Source: a virus (taxonomy: Duplodnaviria; Heunggongvirae; Uroviricota; Caudoviricetes). Taken from it: a stretch of DNA of 45,850 nucleotides. Shown here one piece after another: positions 1 through 10,500 of the stretch (positions within the stretch are counted from its first letter, which is position 1; every line of letters begins with the position of its first letter). The stretch lies in IMG/VR virus record IMGVR_UViG_650377933_000003. The stretch is one strand, 5' to 3'. The notes under the pieces are model-generated. The model was not told where the DNA came from and made no database searches. It was given only the letters and a program-made list of their open reading frames with translations. Made by a program: the position numbers and the translations under genes.

Positions 1-1284
1 TTACAGACTTCTGGACGGTTGCGCAGCTCTTACAACATGTGGTTGATCTTCTGCGGCGTCTTCCAGCGCACTTAAATCACGGTCTTTCACTTCTGGCATT
101 TTCAGCGCAGAGATTAAACCAATCACAGAATATGCCATGATCATAATGGCGATCGGATACCAGGATTCCGTCATGGTGCAGAAAATCCCCGCCAGGATAG
201 GACCAAAACCGGAAGCGATAAGACCACCAATTTCTTTAGAAATAGCCATTCGGGTAAAGCGGTTTTTACAGCCGAACATTTCTGCCATGGTAATGTTTTC
301 CAGAGCAAATAATCCCAGCACCGCACAGTTATGAATCACAATCAGTGCAACCATAATGGTGCTCGGGGCATAGCTTTTATCTACGATGATAGAAAGCATT
401 GGCCATGCCAGCACAATCGCAGAGGTATTCATAATAATATACGGGATCCGGCGACCAATTTTATCGGATAACCAACCAAGGAACGGAATGGTCATAAAGC
501 CGAGAATCGAACTGATCATCAATGCATCTGTTGGAATTGCTTTGTTAAACAATAACGTCTGCACTAAATAGCCTGCAAGGAAAGTCTGAATTAAACCGGA
601 GTTACCAGCCTGACCAAAACGCAGCCCTGTTGCCAGCCAGAAGGATTTGCTCTGGAACATGCTACCAGCAGGTGCAGGTTTTGCTGTCGGTTGGTTGCTG
701 TCGTTAACCTTCTCAAAGACCGGGCTTTCTTTCAGATTCATACGCAACCAGATAGCAAAGACCATCACGACAACGCTCGCCAGGAACGGTATACGCCATC
801 CCCACGCCAGCAGTTCCTCTTTACTGAGAATGAAGAACATAAAGGCCCAGATTGCCGTTGCGCTCAAGGTTCCGCAGTTAGTTCCCATAGCCACAAATGA
901 GGAGATAATTCCGCGCTTACCTTTTGGCGCATATTCCGCCAGCATCGTACCGGCACCGGAAATTTCCGCACCTGCACCCAACCCCTGAATAATACGCAGC
1001 GTCACCAGCAAGATGGGGGCAAAAACACCAATTTGTGCATAAGTCGGTAACACACCAATTAAGGTGGTACAGATCCCCATCATGGTGATGGTAATAAAGA
1101 GCACTTTTTTACGCCCTATTCTGTCGCCCATTTTGCCGAAAATAAATGCTCCGACAATACGTGCCACATAACCTGCACCATAGGTTCCCATTGCCAGAAT
1201 TAACGCCATTGCCGTTGATGATTCAGGAAAAAATATTTCATGAAACACTAACGCTGCGCCGAGCGAATATAACTGGAAGTCCAT
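1..1284 (-). CDS. ydfJ: MFS-family transporter, YdfJ-like (427-aa ORF)
   Basis: Multi-helix hydrophobic profile and MFS loop motif G-x3-D-R-x-G-R-K-K near the N-terminus; sequence recalled as E. coli YdfJ. Stop codon at bases 1..3. Confidence 0.8.
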   Translation of the reverse strand: MDFQLYSLGAALVFHEIFFPESSTAMALILAMGTYGAGYVARIVGAFIFGKMGDRIGRKKVLFITITMMGICTTLIGVLPTYAQIGVFAPILLVTLRIIQGLGAGAEISGAGTMLAEYAPKGKRGIISSFVAMGTNCGTLSATAIWAFMFFILSKEELLAWGWRIPFLASVVVMVFAIWLRMNLKESPVFEKVNDSNQPTAKPAPAGSMFQSKSFWLATGLRFGQAGNSGLIQTFLAGYLVQTLLFNKAIPTDALMISSILGFMTIPFLGWLSDKIGRRIPYIIMNTSAIVLAWPMLSIIVDKSYAPSTIMVALIVIHNCAVLGLFALENITMAEMFGCKNRFTRMAISKEIGGLIASGFGPILAGIFCTMTESWYPIAIMIMAYSVIGLISALKMPEVKDRDLSALEDAAEDQPHVVRAAQPSRSL

Positions 1285-2069
1285 AATTCACAGGTGTTTT
1301 TTCCCATCCTGTGGTTTCCTTGGCGTTTTCTAGGTTTTTTCAGATAGTTGCATTTTTTAAAAAGCATCCTAAGTTCGATCTCAGTGTCTATCTGGGGCCT
1401 ATTTCTGTCCCATATATGCCCCAAAAAAACTCCTCAACAGATAAGTAGTTTTTTCATGGAGTTACGCGTAAAATCAATAACGGCTGGAAATCATTCAATA
1501 CTCGCACTATCGAAAAATTTACCAGCCAACCGCAGCACGTTCTTGCATAAGGCGTGTCTGCGGTTTTTCAACTATTCAGATACATCACTCCCATCACATT
1601 CATTCCTCCGCATCAAAGGCATATAGGCTATATCACCTTGATATTTTTCTTCTTCAGATAAAAACTGTTATCTATGTATACTTTTAAACCCAATCCGTGT
1701 AGAGTCTCTGCATAAGATAGTTTGCAGTTGCCACTTCAGCTTGCGCCATAAACCGCCTGATTTTTGCCGCCATCTGTTAGCATTCCTGTATACCTGAAAC
1801 GACAATGTTTATCTACGAACTTTAAGAACACCCAGGATAAAAATTGTCAACTATATCATATATAACACATTACTAATTCGAGGCTATATGAACAGCATAC
1901 TGATAATCACTTCGCTCCTTATCATATTCAGCATTTTTAGTCATGCTCTAATAAAATTAGGGATTGGCATATCCAATAACCCAGACAAAACCGATGTATA
2001 AGTCAACATATCCTGAATCAGACATACAATATCGCAATGAAAATCAATAATATTTTAAGGAATATATTC

Positions 2070-2303
2070 ATGAAATCAAAAGACACCCTAAAGTGGTTCC
2101 CTGCGCAGCTTCCTGAAGTCAGAATTATCCTAGGGGATGCTGTAGTGGAAGTAGCAAAACAGGGAAGACCTATCAATACCAGAACATTGCTTGATTACAT
2201 TGAAGGAAACATAAAGAAAAAATCATGGCTGGATAACAAAGAATTATTACAAACAGCGATATCAGTTCTTAAAGACAACCAAAATTTAAATGGTAAAATG
2301 TAA
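2070..2303 (+). CDS. ydfK: YdfK-like small Qin prophage protein (77 aa)
   Basis: ORF 2037..2303; internal ATG at 2070 with AAGGA upstream gives MKSKDTLKWFPAQLPE..., matching recalled YdfK. Confidence 0.6.
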   Translation: MKSKDTLKWFPAQLPEVRIILGDAVVEVAKQGRPINTRTLLDYIEGNIKKKSWLDNKELLQTAISVLKDNQNLNGKM

Positions 2304-2619
2304 TATAATAAACTTACTTTTTTATCATTTTTCCACTTTAACAACATTTTGCTCCACTTTTCCACGACCAAACAACTTGAAATCTGGTTAAAATAACACG
2401 CAACACTATTCTTCTTCCTTGAGTCCGCCCGGAACTCGAAAAACAAACCGAGTTAAAGCTATTTTTCACAAAATCGATTTTGGGTCTCACCAAAATTACG
2501 GGGTTGCATACGCATTCGTTTATTTTCGAACGTGTACATACAAACATGCACAAAAATAATCAAAATTATTTTCTGAGATGCATTATGATATGAACACCAA
2601 TTTCGTATAGAGTCTCACT

Positions 2620-3210
2620 ATGTCTCGAATTTTTGCTTACTGTCGGATATCAACGCTGGATCAGACCACCGAAAATCAACGCCGGGAAATCGAAAGTGCA
2701 GGTTTTAAAATCAAACCTCAGCAAATAATCGAAGAACACATTAGCGGCTCAGCAGCAACCAGTGAGCGTCCTGGTTTTAACCGGTTGCTTGCTCGCCTGA
2801 AATGTGGTGATCAATTGATTGTGACAAAACTGGATCGCCTTGGTTGTAATGCAATGGATATCAGGAAAACAGTGGAACAACTGACCGAAACAGGTATCAG
2901 AGTGCATTGCTTAGCATTGGGGGGCATTGACCTGACCAGTCCAACAGGAAAAATGATGATGCAAGTAATTTCAGCAGTCGCTGAATTTGAACGAGACCTT
3001 TTACTTGAACGCACTCATTCCGGGATAGTAAGAGCCCGGGGCGCAGGGAAACGTTTTGGTCGACCACCTGTGTTAAATGAAGAACAGAAACAGGTGGTAT
3101 TCGAACGGATTAAGTCAGGTGTAAGTATAAGTGCCATTGCCCGGGAATTCAAAACCTCGCGGCAAACCATTTTAAGAGCCAAAGCAAAACTTCAGACACC
3201 TGACATATAA
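2620..3210 (+). CDS. pin: Serine DNA invertase, Pin/Gin/Hin/Cin family
   Basis: 196 aa; N-terminal resolvase catalytic motif (YCRISTLDQ with the active-site Ser) and C-terminal HTH; matches recalled PinQ/PinE. Confidence 0.9.
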
Positions 3211-3437
3211 AAAATAATCTCGGTGTGAGATGCCTTACGTCTTCCAAGCCCCCTTCCTTGCCGTAAATGGAAAGATACATCTAATTATAGAATTTATATG
3301 TTTTACCCTACGGCAGTGCTGGCCATTCAATATCCTGTGCAGTTGACGTATCAACACGGTTCAGCAACACCCGATACTTCTTCCAGGCTTCCCGCAACGA
3401 GGTTTCTTCCTCCGTTGCATATACAGCTCACCTTTTT

Positions 3438-3737
3438 TCACCCACGATTAACCAACAGCCAGACCAGCAGACACGCCACCACCGGCACAGCAAAATCCAT
3501 CAGGCTTGCCACATCCCACGCGCGCGGATCAAAACCGCCCCACCACGGCATATTCATTCGCTTGCCATGCCCGAACATTTCAATCCAGCGATATTCTGCC
3601 TGGGTGTGTTCACGCGCAATGAAGAACGTACAACCGGCTATCGCCCCGTAAGCCCAGTTCCCGGTAAAAAGACCAACCAGTATCTGCGCAGCCACAGCAC
3701 AAAGCGCATGAAGGAAAGGTGTTATATCCATTTTCAT
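3438..3737 (-). CDS. Small hydrophobic predicted inner-membrane protein (about 99 aa)
   Basis: ORF 3438..3746 with two or three hydrophobic segments; the ORF-track first codon is TTG, first ATG is at 3737. No homolog recognised. Confidence 0.45.
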   Translation of the reverse strand: MKMDITPFLHALCAVAAQILVGLFTGNWAYGAIAGCTFFIAREHTQAEYRWIEMFGHGKRMNMPWWGGFDPRAWDVASLMDFAVPVVACLLVWLLVNRG

Positions 3738-3773
3738 CCTACCCAATAAAACGGGGCGCTCGGCCCCTTAATA

Positions 3774-4814
3774 TTATTTAGACGCAAGCGCCGCCTCAAT
3801 TGCAGATAATCTTTGTCTTAATTCTGCGTTTTCTTCTTCCAGTGCTGTTATTCTGTCGTCTGACTCTCTGGCTACCTGAACAAGCAAGCCAGTAACACCA
3901 GAATAATCTACTGTGTAATAACGTTCACCTTCTTCACCTTCCGATCCGCTTGCACCGTCCTGATATTTCATTGCGGAACCTACAACTTCTGGGATTGCTT
4001 CCAGAGCTTCCTGTGCAATGACACCAGCATAGGGCATACCGTTTTCTTTAAGCGTGTATGTATAGCCGTTCATTTTACGGATGCGGTCGGTTGCATTATC
4101 GATCACCTGAATGTTGTCTTTCAGATCCCGGTCGGAATGCTGGTTAAATGCGGTGGCATGACATGCACCATTAACGCTTAACATATAGGTGTTATCGGTA
4201 TTTTTCTGCGCATAGAACATATAAGCGCCACCATCAACACCGACTTCATAAACAACAGGACGGCTGGTGTTGCCCCACAATTGAGCAGTAACACCAGCAT
4301 AAGCGGTTCCCTGTGTGTTTAATGTCATGGTTGACCCATGATTGGCATATTTGATCTGTAATGTGTCGGTGTAATCAAATTTAATAAGCGCGTTACTTCC
4401 ACGCTTGCTGTATGACATAAGGCAGTTACCCATTTTGAGGTATCCGCTGTCACCGGGAAAAATCATCGTACCGCCATAAAGGTTGGTAAAGTCCCAGCAA
4501 ATGTTTGTCCCGTTATCGTTCAGGTTAAGGCGCGCCATTGCGTTACCTGGACTGTCTATCCATTTTTTGAGGTATAGTTCGCAATACGCATCCTCAACAC
4601 CTGCCGTCCTGTGAGTTGAGCGGAGTTTTCTCCCAAATATAGCTCCGCTAGTTGGCAATACCTGCTGATACCATGAAGCAGACCAGTCACCAACGATTTC
4701 ATCTTTGCTGTCTACATATAATTTTGTTGCGTAGCTTCCTTGATCGTTTTTTAATTTGCTAACGTCGGATTTTAGCGTTTTGATGTCATCAGGAATTACT
4801 GTCGATGTAGCCAT
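3774..4814 (-). CDS. Tail fibre/tailspike-like protein with C-terminal intramolecular-chaperone (peptidase S74-like) domain
   Basis: 346 aa; C-terminal segment ...NQHSDRDLKDNIQVID...GERYYTVDYSGVTGLL...ITALEEENAELRQRLSAIEA resembles the autocleaving chaperone domain of endosialidase-type and L-shaped tail fibres. Confidence 0.7.
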   Translation of the reverse strand: MATSTVIPDDIKTLKSDVSKLKNDQGSYATKLYVDSKDEIVGDWSASWYQQVLPTSGAIFGRKLRSTHRTAGVEDAYCELYLKKWIDSPGNAMARLNLNDNGTNICWDFTNLYGGTMIFPGDSGYLKMGNCLMSYSKRGSNALIKFDYTDTLQIKYANHGSTMTLNTQGTAYAGVTAQLWGNTSRPVVYEVGVDGGAYMFYAQKNTDNTYMLSVNGACHATAFNQHSDRDLKDNIQVIDNATDRIRKMNGYTYTLKENGMPYAGVIAQEALEAIPEVVGSAMKYQDGASGSEGEEGERYYTVDYSGVTGLLVQVARESDDRITALEEENAELRQRLSAIEAALASK

Positions 4815-4823
4815 TTTTCTTCC

Positions 4824-5105
4824 TCACATCCAGCCACGAAGTTGATGCTCAACAGCAACCACGTATTCATCGAATAATGACGATATTTGCGAATCATTAA
4901 TGATGCGCACGTTTACAAAATATCCGTCTTCCTTAACACATACCGGTTCGCCATCTTCAGTCAGTTCTCCGGTTTCTTTGTACACGTTACCTATCACGTC
5001 AATAAGAATATCATCCTGCATCGACTCGTCATCATAATAGCCAGTGCTATCCATAAAGGCCGAAAAGTCGGCCCTGTCGGCAAATTTGAGTGTTAAATCT
5101 TTCAT
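4824..5105 (-). CDS. Acidic hypothetical protein (93 aa) between the two fibre genes
   Basis: ORF whose start overlaps the stop of the upstream Stf gene; Asp/Glu-rich; no homolog recognised. Confidence 0.35.
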   Translation of the reverse strand: MKDLTLKFADRADFSAFMDSTGYYDDESMQDDILIDVIGNVYKETGELTEDGEPVCVKEDGYFVNVRIINDSQISSLFDEYVVAVEHQLRGWM

Positions 5106-7477
5106 TAGATTGACTCCCCCACCTGAGCATCAGTCAATGCCTTGTGCCATATTCTGAAATTCCTGACATGACCAAATAAATGACGTAACCCGGCTGTAGT
5201 CTGGCCTCCAATACGGATAATTGCGGTGTTCTGAATACAGGACCATGTGGTTTTTGTTTCGCTGGATATATGCCCGTTACTTACTGAGCACGTAGACTGC
5301 TCTGACTTTACACGCATCCCCATAACCATTTTTTCAAGCGATGCGTTTTCGTTTACCCGTCTGTTAGCTCCTCCAATATCGCAATAAGGAAATCCGTCGT
5401 AATCTGTTGAACGACCGAAGCCAAGAATAATAGCCGCTCCGGTTTGATGACCGCCGGTATCAAAAACACGTGGCGCTGCATTTGGCGTTTTATACCAGTT
5501 CTTATGTACCTCACAAAGAACCGTAAAAGGAAGATTATAAAGATTATTCTTAATTGGAACTGTAACTATATCGCTTGCGCGGGTCGCCGCCGTCGCTCCT
5601 GATATAATAAAAGATGATACACAAGGCCCATCTTCTACTTGTGGGGTGGCCAGATAAATATAGTCACCAGATACGGTTGCCCCGCTCTGCTTAGGAGAAT
5701 ACTGTATCTGAGAGCCTATTTTTAACTCCCCATCAATTGTCTGAATTGTTGCCTCTGCAAAAATCCATCCGGTAGCTTCGTCCTTTCTGACTCTCGCTGT
5801 AATCCTTGAGGCAGCACCGCCTGTCATATTAATTTCAAGCGTTTGTGTATCAATATACGCATCACCAAGAAAAGTTGTTGCGCTACCGTCATATTTATCA
5901 AACCGGATACGCAACCTTACCTGCAGTTCTGTTTTAAAACGACATGAGGTTGTCACGTGTTTATTATCGCCTGAGACATCAACTGACTTTGTTGCAGCAA
6001 TTGATGCCATATTAATGGCTGAGGTTTGCCCAATCAGAGAATCGTTGCAGACAAACTTTCCATAGGTAAAACCAAAATTATCCGTCCCTGTTTCGGGCAC
6101 ATCCATATTTGACGATCGCCCCCAACTGGCAGGGCTTTCCGAATTGAGCATGTAGTTTGTTCTTTGCCCCTCAATAAGCAGGCCATCACGTTCAAATCGT
6201 GGCTCGTCAATGGCAGCCTCTGTCAGCACACCAGATTTGTTAATATAGGTTGCTTTCGATGCACGTTTAAACTTAACAATCTTGTCGCCAGGCATCGTTA
6301 TTTCATCGTCACCAATAACAATTTTTTTATATGACGGCGAAAAGCCCGTAATCATATCCAGCGAATCGTTAAACGGTATCCACACATCAGGCAGCGGCTG
6401 TAAGACATATTTATACGGCTCCGCAGCCTGGCTTGCGTACTCTCTGGCTGCATCTTCGCTTGCTTTAGCTGCCGTCTGGCTTGCTGCCGATGCTTTCGCT
6501 GAGTTCGCAGCCGCTGTTTCGCTCACCTTTGCGTTGGTTTCACTGGTTTTTGCTGCTTTTTGACTGTTAGCTGATGCAGTGGCAGAAGCAGCCGCCGCGC
6601 TTGCAGAACTGGCTGCGGCACTCTCGCTTTGAGCCGCTGCATCCTGACTGCTTTTCGCCGCAGTTTCACTGGCTTTGGCATTCGTTTCGCTGGTCTTCGC
6701 TGCCGTCTGGCTGGACTTTGCGTTAGTTTCACTCGTCTTCGCAGCTTTCTGGCTGTTAGCCGTAGCAGTTGCTGATCCAGCTGCTGAAGTCGCAGAACCG
6801 GCTGCCGCGCTCTCGCTTTGGGCTGCTGCAACCTGGCTGTTTTTTGCCGCAGTTTCACTGGCTTTAGCATTCGTTTCGCTGGTCTTCGCTGCCGTCTGGC
6901 TGGACTTTGCGTTGGTTTCGCTCGTCTTTGCGGCTGTCTCGCTATTTTTCGCGTTGGTTTCTGATTTTTTAGCTGCTGTTGCGGAGTTTGCCGATGCAGT
7001 CTGCGAGGCCGCTGCCGCCTGTGCGCTGTTAGCTGCATTCGTTTCTGAGGTTTTCGCCGCGTTCTTCGATGATGCCGCTGCAGTTTCGGATTTCTTTGCC
7101 GCCGCTGCGCTCTGAGAGGCGGCTTCAGCGTTGCGTGCCGCTTCTTCCACCATTTCCTCAAAACGACGCAATGCCTCCGGCATGACATCATCTTCCGTCA
7201 TGGCACCGAGAAAATCATTCAGCGTACCTGGTCTGGAACCTTCATAGACGGTAATGGTTCCGGCATGTGAAGGCGGAAAACCTTCAACAAGCAGGATAAC
7301 GCTGTACTGGCCATACTCAACATCCATGCTGTAACGCCCGGCTTCATCCGGATTTTCAGAGGCCACCGTGTTCACCAGTACCGTGGTGCTGTTACGCTTT
7401 GCCTTCAGTTGAATAGTGCAGTTCTGTATTGGTTTTCCCGCACCATCTTTCAGCACACCTGAAATCTGTACTGCCAT
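5105..7477 (-). CDS. stf: Side tail fibre, lambda Stf-like N-terminus with a long Ala/Ser/Thr-rich repeat region and a distinct C-terminal domain
   Basis: From the ATG at 7477 (GGAG upstream) the protein starts MAVQISGVLKDGAGKPIQNCTIQLKAKRNSTTV..., matching the recalled lambda Stf N-terminus; residues about 110-360 are K-x-S-E-T-N-A-K-like repeats. Confidence 0.85.
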   Translation of the reverse strand: MAVQISGVLKDGAGKPIQNCTIQLKAKRNSTTVLVNTVASENPDEAGRYSMDVEYGQYSVILLVEGFPPSHAGTITVYEGSRPGTLNDFLGAMTEDDVMPEALRRFEEMVEEAARNAEAASQSAAAAKKSETAAASSKNAAKTSETNAANSAQAAAASQTASANSATAAKKSETNAKNSETAAKTSETNAKSSQTAAKTSETNAKASETAAKNSQVAAAQSESAAAGSATSAAGSATATANSQKAAKTSETNAKSSQTAAKTSETNAKASETAAKSSQDAAAQSESAAASSASAAAASATASANSQKAAKTSETNAKVSETAAANSAKASAASQTAAKASEDAAREYASQAAEPYKYVLQPLPDVWIPFNDSLDMITGFSPSYKKIVIGDDEITMPGDKIVKFKRASKATYINKSGVLTEAAIDEPRFERDGLLIEGQRTNYMLNSESPASWGRSSNMDVPETGTDNFGFTYGKFVCNDSLIGQTSAINMASIAATKSVDVSGDNKHVTTSCRFKTELQVRLRIRFDKYDGSATTFLGDAYIDTQTLEINMTGGAASRITARVRKDEATGWIFAEATIQTIDGELKIGSQIQYSPKQSGATVSGDYIYLATPQVEDGPCVSSFIISGATAATRASDIVTVPIKNNLYNLPFTVLCEVHKNWYKTPNAAPRVFDTGGHQTGAAIILGFGRSTDYDGFPYCDIGGANRRVNENASLEKMVMGMRVKSEQSTCSVSNGHISSETKTTWSCIQNTAIIRIGGQTTAGLRHLFGHVRNFRIWHKALTDAQVGESI
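6400..7160. repeat. Degenerate in-frame tandem repeats inside stf (K-[STN]-S-E-T-N-A-K units)
   Basis: Recurrent DNA strings such as gctggtcttcgctgccgtctggctggactttgcgtt and matching peptide periodicity; also generates long spurious ORFs on the + strand. Confidence 0.7.
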
Positions 7478-7537
7478 ACTCACTCCACAAATAAAAAAGG
7501 CGCCATTTCTGGCGCCCGTATTGGGGTTATAAATATT

Positions 7538-10500
7538 TCAACGGATACTGATACCGGAAGCAGCTTTTTTGGTCACAATCACCGTACAGTCTGTGATGTT
7601 ACCTGCGCCCTGATTGCCTTTCTGGAAAATCTTAAACTCCAGAGTGACGTTACCACCACCACTCGGCATATCAATAACCGCACTGTAACTACCGGGAATG
7701 GCTCCTTTAGTTTCTCTGGATGCGATTAATACGCCATTTTTGCGAACTTCAAAACCATAACCCGTGTATCGCGTACCTCCCGGGTTATTACCGCTCCCCG
7801 GATCGTCATACGCCACACCGTTAAAAATAATGGGCGGAATAATGATTTGGCGGTCAAAGTTATGATCATCGTAAATGGTGACTGTAACCGTCCCGTTTGG
7901 TGTTTCCGTGTTACCCCACGTACCAGCCTTTTTCGGGAATGATTTGGATACAGTTTTAACGAAGTCACCTCTGACCTGGTTCGCCTCCAGCATGCCCTTA
8001 ATCGTACAGTTTTCATTTACCGTGACATTATTGAGCGTCCCGGAGTTCGCATTCACGTTACCGCTGATATCGGCATTTTTCGCCGTCAGCCGCCCGTCCG
8101 GTGTCAGGGAAAATACCGGAGGATTGCCGCCACTGGTAATGGTGGGAGCCGTCAGATACTTCAGGAACACTTCGTTCATGAATATCTGGTTGCCCTGCGC
8201 CACAAACATCGGCGTTTCATTCCCGTTTGCCGGGTCAATAAACGCGATACGGTTAGCGGCAACCAGGAACTGGCTCAGTTTGCCTTCCTCCGTATCCTCC
8301 ATGCTGAGGCCAAGCCCCGCGACATAATGTTTGCCGTCTTTGGTCTGCTCAATTTTGACGCCCCACATGGCATTCCATTTATCGTTGGCGTCCTTCCACT
8401 CTTTCGAAAACTCCTCCAGTCTGCTGGCGTTATCCTCCGTCAGCTCGAGTTTTTCCAGCAGCTCCTTGCCGAGATGGGATTCGGTTATCTTGCCTTTGAA
8501 AAAATCCAGGTAACCTTCCGCATCATCGCTCGCCCGACCGACGGCCTCCACGAATGCCGATTTGCCAACGGTGTTCACACTGCGGATATAAAAGTAATAA
8601 TCATGGCCCGGTTTGATATTGATACTGGCGGCTATCCAGTACAGCGCCGTACCAAGATAGCGGGCTGTGGTTTCAACCTGCCTGATATCGGTAATCCGCT
8701 TTTCCGAGAACCAGAACTCAAACTGTACCGTCGGATCATAAACCGCAAGATGCGGCGTGGCGGTTATCTGAAAATAGCCCGGCGTCAGCTCAATCCGCGA
8801 TGGTGCTGCCGGTGCGGCAATCCGGAACGATACCGACGCCGGATCGCCCTGCTGCCCCCACGCATTTACCGCCCGGACTGTCAGACTGTAATTTCCCAGA
8901 GCCAGCTGCCTGAAGCGGTATGTGGTTTCCGTCGTCCGGGCCGTGCTGACCAGCCGCTCACTGCCGTCATCCGCTGCCACGGTCAGGCGAAGCATAAAGC
9001 TCACGCCCTTCACCACCTTCGGCGTATCCCAGCGCGCCAGCACCTGGTATTCCCCGCTGTCTGCGGTGACTTCGGCGGTCAGGTGCTGCACCGCTGGCGG
9101 CGTGACACCATTCACCGTGCCGCTCTGGTCGCCGTCAAAGTGCGCCCCGTTATCCACGATGGCTTCTTTTTCCGGTACATGCTGCACGGCAGTGATGGCA
9201 TACGTGCCGTCATCGTTCTCACGGATACTCACACAGCGGAACAGGCGCTGACGCAACGTCGGCAACTTCAGCCCCCACACACTGTATTCTGCAACGCCGT
9301 CAGGAACCCGATTCACTTTCACCTTAAGTCCGTCGGTGACGGACTGAACCTCCACGCTGACCGGATTACCACTTCCGTCAACCAGGCTTATCAGCGTGGT
9401 ACCGGAGGATGGCAGCGTGATTTCACGGTCGAGCGTCAGCGTCCGGGTCTGGCTGTTCACCGCCAGCACGCGACCACCGGTGCTGATACCGGCATAGTCA
9501 TCATCGCAGATTTCAATGACATCGCCCGGTACATGGCGAAGCCCTTCAGCACCCACGCTGAAATCCACGGTCTGCGTCTCCAGCAGTTCCGTTTTAATCA
9601 GCCACAGCCCGGCGCGGTGTGCCTGCCCCCGGCTGGTACAGCCAAAGGCATCCATCTTCGTGACATTACGACCGTAACGGGCAATGGCCTGCGTATCCTC
9701 CACAAGCTCTGTCGCCGTCTCCCAGCCGTTGTTCGGGTCAATCCAGTTCACCTCAACGGCATTATGGCGGTCCTTCAGGGCGCTGAAGCTGTAGCGGAAC
9801 GGCGCGCCATCATCCGGCATCACCACATTACTGCGGTTATAGGTCCACACCTTATCTGATGGTCGGTCCTGCACGAACGTCAGCGTCTGCCCGTTCCATA
9901 CCGGCATACAGCGCATCGCCGAGCAGAAATCACTGAGCACATCCCACGCCTTACGCTGCGTGGTCAGCCAGGCATTACAGGTGATGCGCGGCTCCGTGCC
10001 GCCAAAGCCGTCCGGCACCGACTGGTCGCAGTACTGGCCGATGACATACAGCGCCCATTTATCCACATCCGACGCACCAAGACGTTTTCCCATGCCGTAG
10101 CGCGGATGGGTCAGCATATCCCACAGACACCAGGCCATGTTGTTGCTGTATGCTGGCTTAAACGTTCCGTCCCAGATACCGCTGTATTGTCGCGTCTGCG
10201 GGTTATAGTTCGACGGCACCTGCAGAATGCGCCCGCGAAGATGATAATTACGACTCACCTGCTGGCTGCCGAACTGTTCCGAGTCCACCTGCACGCCGAC
10301 CAGTGCCGTGTTCGGGTAGCACTGTTTCACATCGATGATTTCGGTGTATGACGACCAGAGCGTTTTGTTCTGCAGCTGGTCTGTGGTGCTGTCCGGTGTC
10401 ATCCTGCGCATCCGGATATTAAACGGGCGCGGCGGCAGGTTACCCACCACCACCGATGCCAGATACTGTGAGGTGGTTTTGCCTTTAATGGTGATGTCTT

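Noticed and set aside
2434-2455. Candidate gix/pix-like recombination site upstream of pin
   Set aside because: Only partial similarity to the invertase crossover core and no convincing inverted partner found by eye; kept as a note under the pin finding rather than annotated as a feature.
3298-3651. 117-aa + strand ORF downstream of pin
   Set aside because: Overlaps the more plausible membrane-protein ORF on the opposite strand; translation is Pro/Ser/Thr/His-rich without hydrophobic or structured character; no SD.
6400-7160. Possibility that the repeat tract is a CRISPR array
   Set aside because: Repeats are degenerate, in-frame and coding, with no unique spacers of fixed length and no cas genes nearby.
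6282-7191. Several long ORFs on both strands inside stf (6282..6563 +, 6675..7115 +, 6523..7191 -)
   Set aside because: They arise from the in-frame tandem repeat tract; their translations are homopolymer-like (Ala/Phe/Leu or Arg/Gln/Lys runs), and the stf frame is supported by the lambda-like N-terminus.
8327-9859. 510-aa + strand ORF antisense to J
   Set aside because: Arg/His-rich low-complexity translation with no motifs, entirely within the well-supported J gene on the opposite strand; typical antisense artefact.
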